Shown here: positions 60,073 through 64,000 of the stretch, piece by piece
How the letters are laid out: the number at the start of each line of letters is the position of its first letter
Numbering within the stretch: position 1 is the first letter of the stretch
Origin: Chitinophagaceae bacterium
GTDB lineage: Bacteria; Bacteroidota; Bacteroidia; Chitinophagales; Chitinophagaceae
NCBI GenBank assembly: GCA_947442625.1
Contig: CANEWJ010000001.1
Coordinates: forward strand, 2,506 to 66,505
Direction: 5' to 3'
DNA length: 64,000 bases
Notes under the pieces: generated by a model
What the model saw: only the letters and a program-made list of their open reading frames with translations
Told to the model about the DNA's origin: nothing
Database searches by the model: none
Translations under genes and position numbers: made by a program

Positions 60073-61518
60073 ATGAAAAAATTTGATAAGGCGCAAAGCC
60101 GAAGAAATTTCCTCAACACATCTGCCAAGCTGGCCACAGGATCCCTGATTTTCAGTGGGATGCCCACCATTGTTCCTGCCAGTGTGTTTGGAAAAAATGC
60201 TCCGAGCAACATGATCAATGTGGCATCTATTGGCTGTGGAAGGATTTCCACTTCACATGACATGACAGGGATTTCAAAGTATGCCGGAGCCCGCATCATG
60301 GCTGTTTGTGATGTAGACAGGTTGCGCGCAGATGCTGGTGTTGCCGCAGTGAAAAACAATTATATTCGGTCCTCCGCTTTCAACGGAGGTTTGAAGGGCG
60401 ATTGGGACATCAAGGTCTATTACGATTACAAGGAGATGCTGAAGAACAAGGATATTGATGCGGTGCACATCAGCTTGCCTGATCACCAGCATGCCATTGT
60501 TGGCGTGCATGCGGTCAATGCCGGCAAAGATGTTTACTTGCAAAAGCCTGCATCGCTGACCATTGAGGAAGGAAGGATTTTGAGCAATGCCGTGAAGAAA
60601 ACTGGCAGGATTTTGCAGATGGGCAGCCAGCAGCGTTCTGTAAGCCCATGGCCACAGTTTAAAAAAGCCTGTGAGCTGGTGCGCAACGGCAGGATCGGAC
60701 AACTCGTTACGGTTGAAGTGGGGCTTCCTGGCGATCCGGGCGGTGGAAACAGGACCATCATGGGCGTTCCTGCCACGTTCGATTATGATGCATGGTTGGG
60801 AGCAACCCCCGAAGTCTATTATACCCAGGACCGTGTGCATGGCCAGGATGCCAGCCCCAGGGGCATTGGCAACAGGCCAGGCTGGTTGCGCTGCGAGCAG
60901 TTTGGTGCGGGGATGATTACTGGTTGGGGCGCCCATCATATTGATATTGCCCATTGGGGCATGGGGATGGAGTATAGCGGACCGATTGAAGTCTGGGGCA
61001 ATGCCAGCTTTCCTACGGATGACGCCAATTATGGCGGGCTTTGGGATGTGCATGGCATTTTCAAAACTGAAGCGCTCTATGAAAATGGTGTGCGCATGAC
61101 CGTTTCCAACGAGCTTCCCAACGGGGTAAAGTTCATCGGAACAGAAGGATGGATCTGGGTAACGAGGGGCAACTACAGGGTCACCGATTCTGATCCGGTT
61201 GCGGATGGATCTGGCGTGAAACCCATTGATGCCAGCAATCCCAAGCTCTTGCAGTCTGTCATCGGTGCCAATGAAACCAAGTTGTATGACAGCCCTGATC
61301 AGCATGCCAACTGGCTCGACTGCATCAAAACAAGGCAGGAGCCTGTTGCACCCATTGAAGTGGGTCATCGTTCTTGCAGCACCTGTCTGTTGCACCAAAT
61401 TGCCATGAAGGTGAAGCGCAAGATTTATTGGGATCCCAAGACGGAAAAATTCAAGAAAGACGACAAAGAAGCAACAGCGATGTTGTCTCGTCCGAGAAGG
61501 AAGAAATATGATTTTTAG
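60073..61518 (+). CDS. Tat-exported Gfo/Idh/MocA oxidoreductase
   Basis: SRRNFL signal, IGCGRI, PDHQH, YLQKP, GMITGWGAHH. Confidence 0.9.
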   Translation: MKKFDKAQSRRNFLNTSAKLATGSLIFSGMPTIVPASVFGKNAPSNMINVASIGCGRISTSHDMTGISKYAGARIMAVCDVDRLRADAGVAAVKNNYIRSSAFNGGLKGDWDIKVYYDYKEMLKNKDIDAVHISLPDHQHAIVGVHAVNAGKDVYLQKPASLTIEEGRILSNAVKKTGRILQMGSQQRSVSPWPQFKKACELVRNGRIGQLVTVEVGLPGDPGGGNRTIMGVPATFDYDAWLGATPEVYYTQDRVHGQDASPRGIGNRPGWLRCEQFGAGMITGWGAHHIDIAHWGMGMEYSGPIEVWGNASFPTDDANYGGLWDVHGIFKTEALYENGVRMTVSNELPNGVKFIGTEGWIWVTRGNYRVTDSDPVADGSGVKPIDASNPKLLQSVIGANETKLYDSPDQHANWLDCIKTRQEPVAPIEVGHRSCSTCLLHQIAMKVKRKIYWDPKTEKFKKDDKEATAMLSRPRRKKYDF

Positions 61519-61532
61519 GAGCTCTTGCAATC

Positions 61533-61833
61533 CTACTTAAACATGTAAACCGTCTGGTTCAAGGATCCTTCTTTTGCTAGAAGCCCCTTTTCTACCGCTT
61601 TTTGCAAATCCCTGCTTGCTGTTGCACTGGATATGTTTTTAAAACTGTTCATGTAATCTTTCCTGGTGAAGGATTTGGTATAATGCTTAACATGTATTCA
61701 GTGAAGGCAGTTGATTTTCCTGATTGATCGGAGATGACCAATGCGCGGTAATATTGTTCATGGTCTTTAGCTTGGTTGAAATTTCGCTTATCAAGTGAAG
61801 AATATCAGCATTGATATCGTAGCGAGGCTTCAT
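61533..61833 (-). pseudogene. Fic-family gene remnant with two internal deletions
   Basis: Three fragments in different frames: MKPRYDINADILHLISEISTKL / HEQYYRALVISDQSGKSTAFTEYMLSII / FTRKDYMNSFKNISSATASRDLQKAVEKGLL..*. Confidence 0.7.
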
Positions 61834-61976
61834 GATAGTATCATTTGATATTATCAAAGTTATGTGCTTTTGGTTTCTGAGCCACCCACCAGGAAGTATC
61901 ATTTTTTTGTAAAAAATCCGAACTTTTCCGCTTTTAAAAAGTTACCATCTGCGATATGTTGTAATTTTATCAATAA

Positions 61977-64000
<2,024 letters not shown>

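Noticed and set aside
60274-61530. 418-aa minus-strand ORF
   Set aside because: Antisense shadow of the Gfo/Idh/MocA gene

Overview
Bacterial chromosomal window, most likely Bacteroidota and probably Chitinophagaceae-like. This assignment is inferred from TAnnTTTG promoter elements, the gene families present and many signal-peptide proteins. It is densely coding (~52 CDS). I found no rRNA, tRNA, CRISPR array or intact mobile element. Housekeeping genes include gcvT, comB-like, a SWIM-SNF2 helicase, recQ, manC, kdsD, sbcCD and a partial katG. Accessory modules: (1) a TM2-DUF2752-DUF4870-M48 peptidase membrane operon; (2) a sulfane-sulfur cluster (OprD-like porin, rhodanese, CstB-like persulfide dioxygenase, TauE, exported DsrE) with two GTGA-N6-TCAC palindromes; (3) sugar-acid and glycan catabolism genes (IlvD/Edd dehydratase, GntP, SSS symporter, three Tat-signal Gfo/Idh/MocA enzymes, DUF1080, ThuA, GH20, GH10, sulfatases, PQQ dehydrogenase); (4) three tandem, mutually divergent photolyase/cryptochrome genes. 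Reading outside the ORF track revealed degenerate GGTTTAGG octamer arrays placed at stop codons, a 33-bp tandem repeat, and three cryptic gene remnants (MBL hydrolase, DUF6150, Fic). All family assignments come from motif recognition, not database searches.
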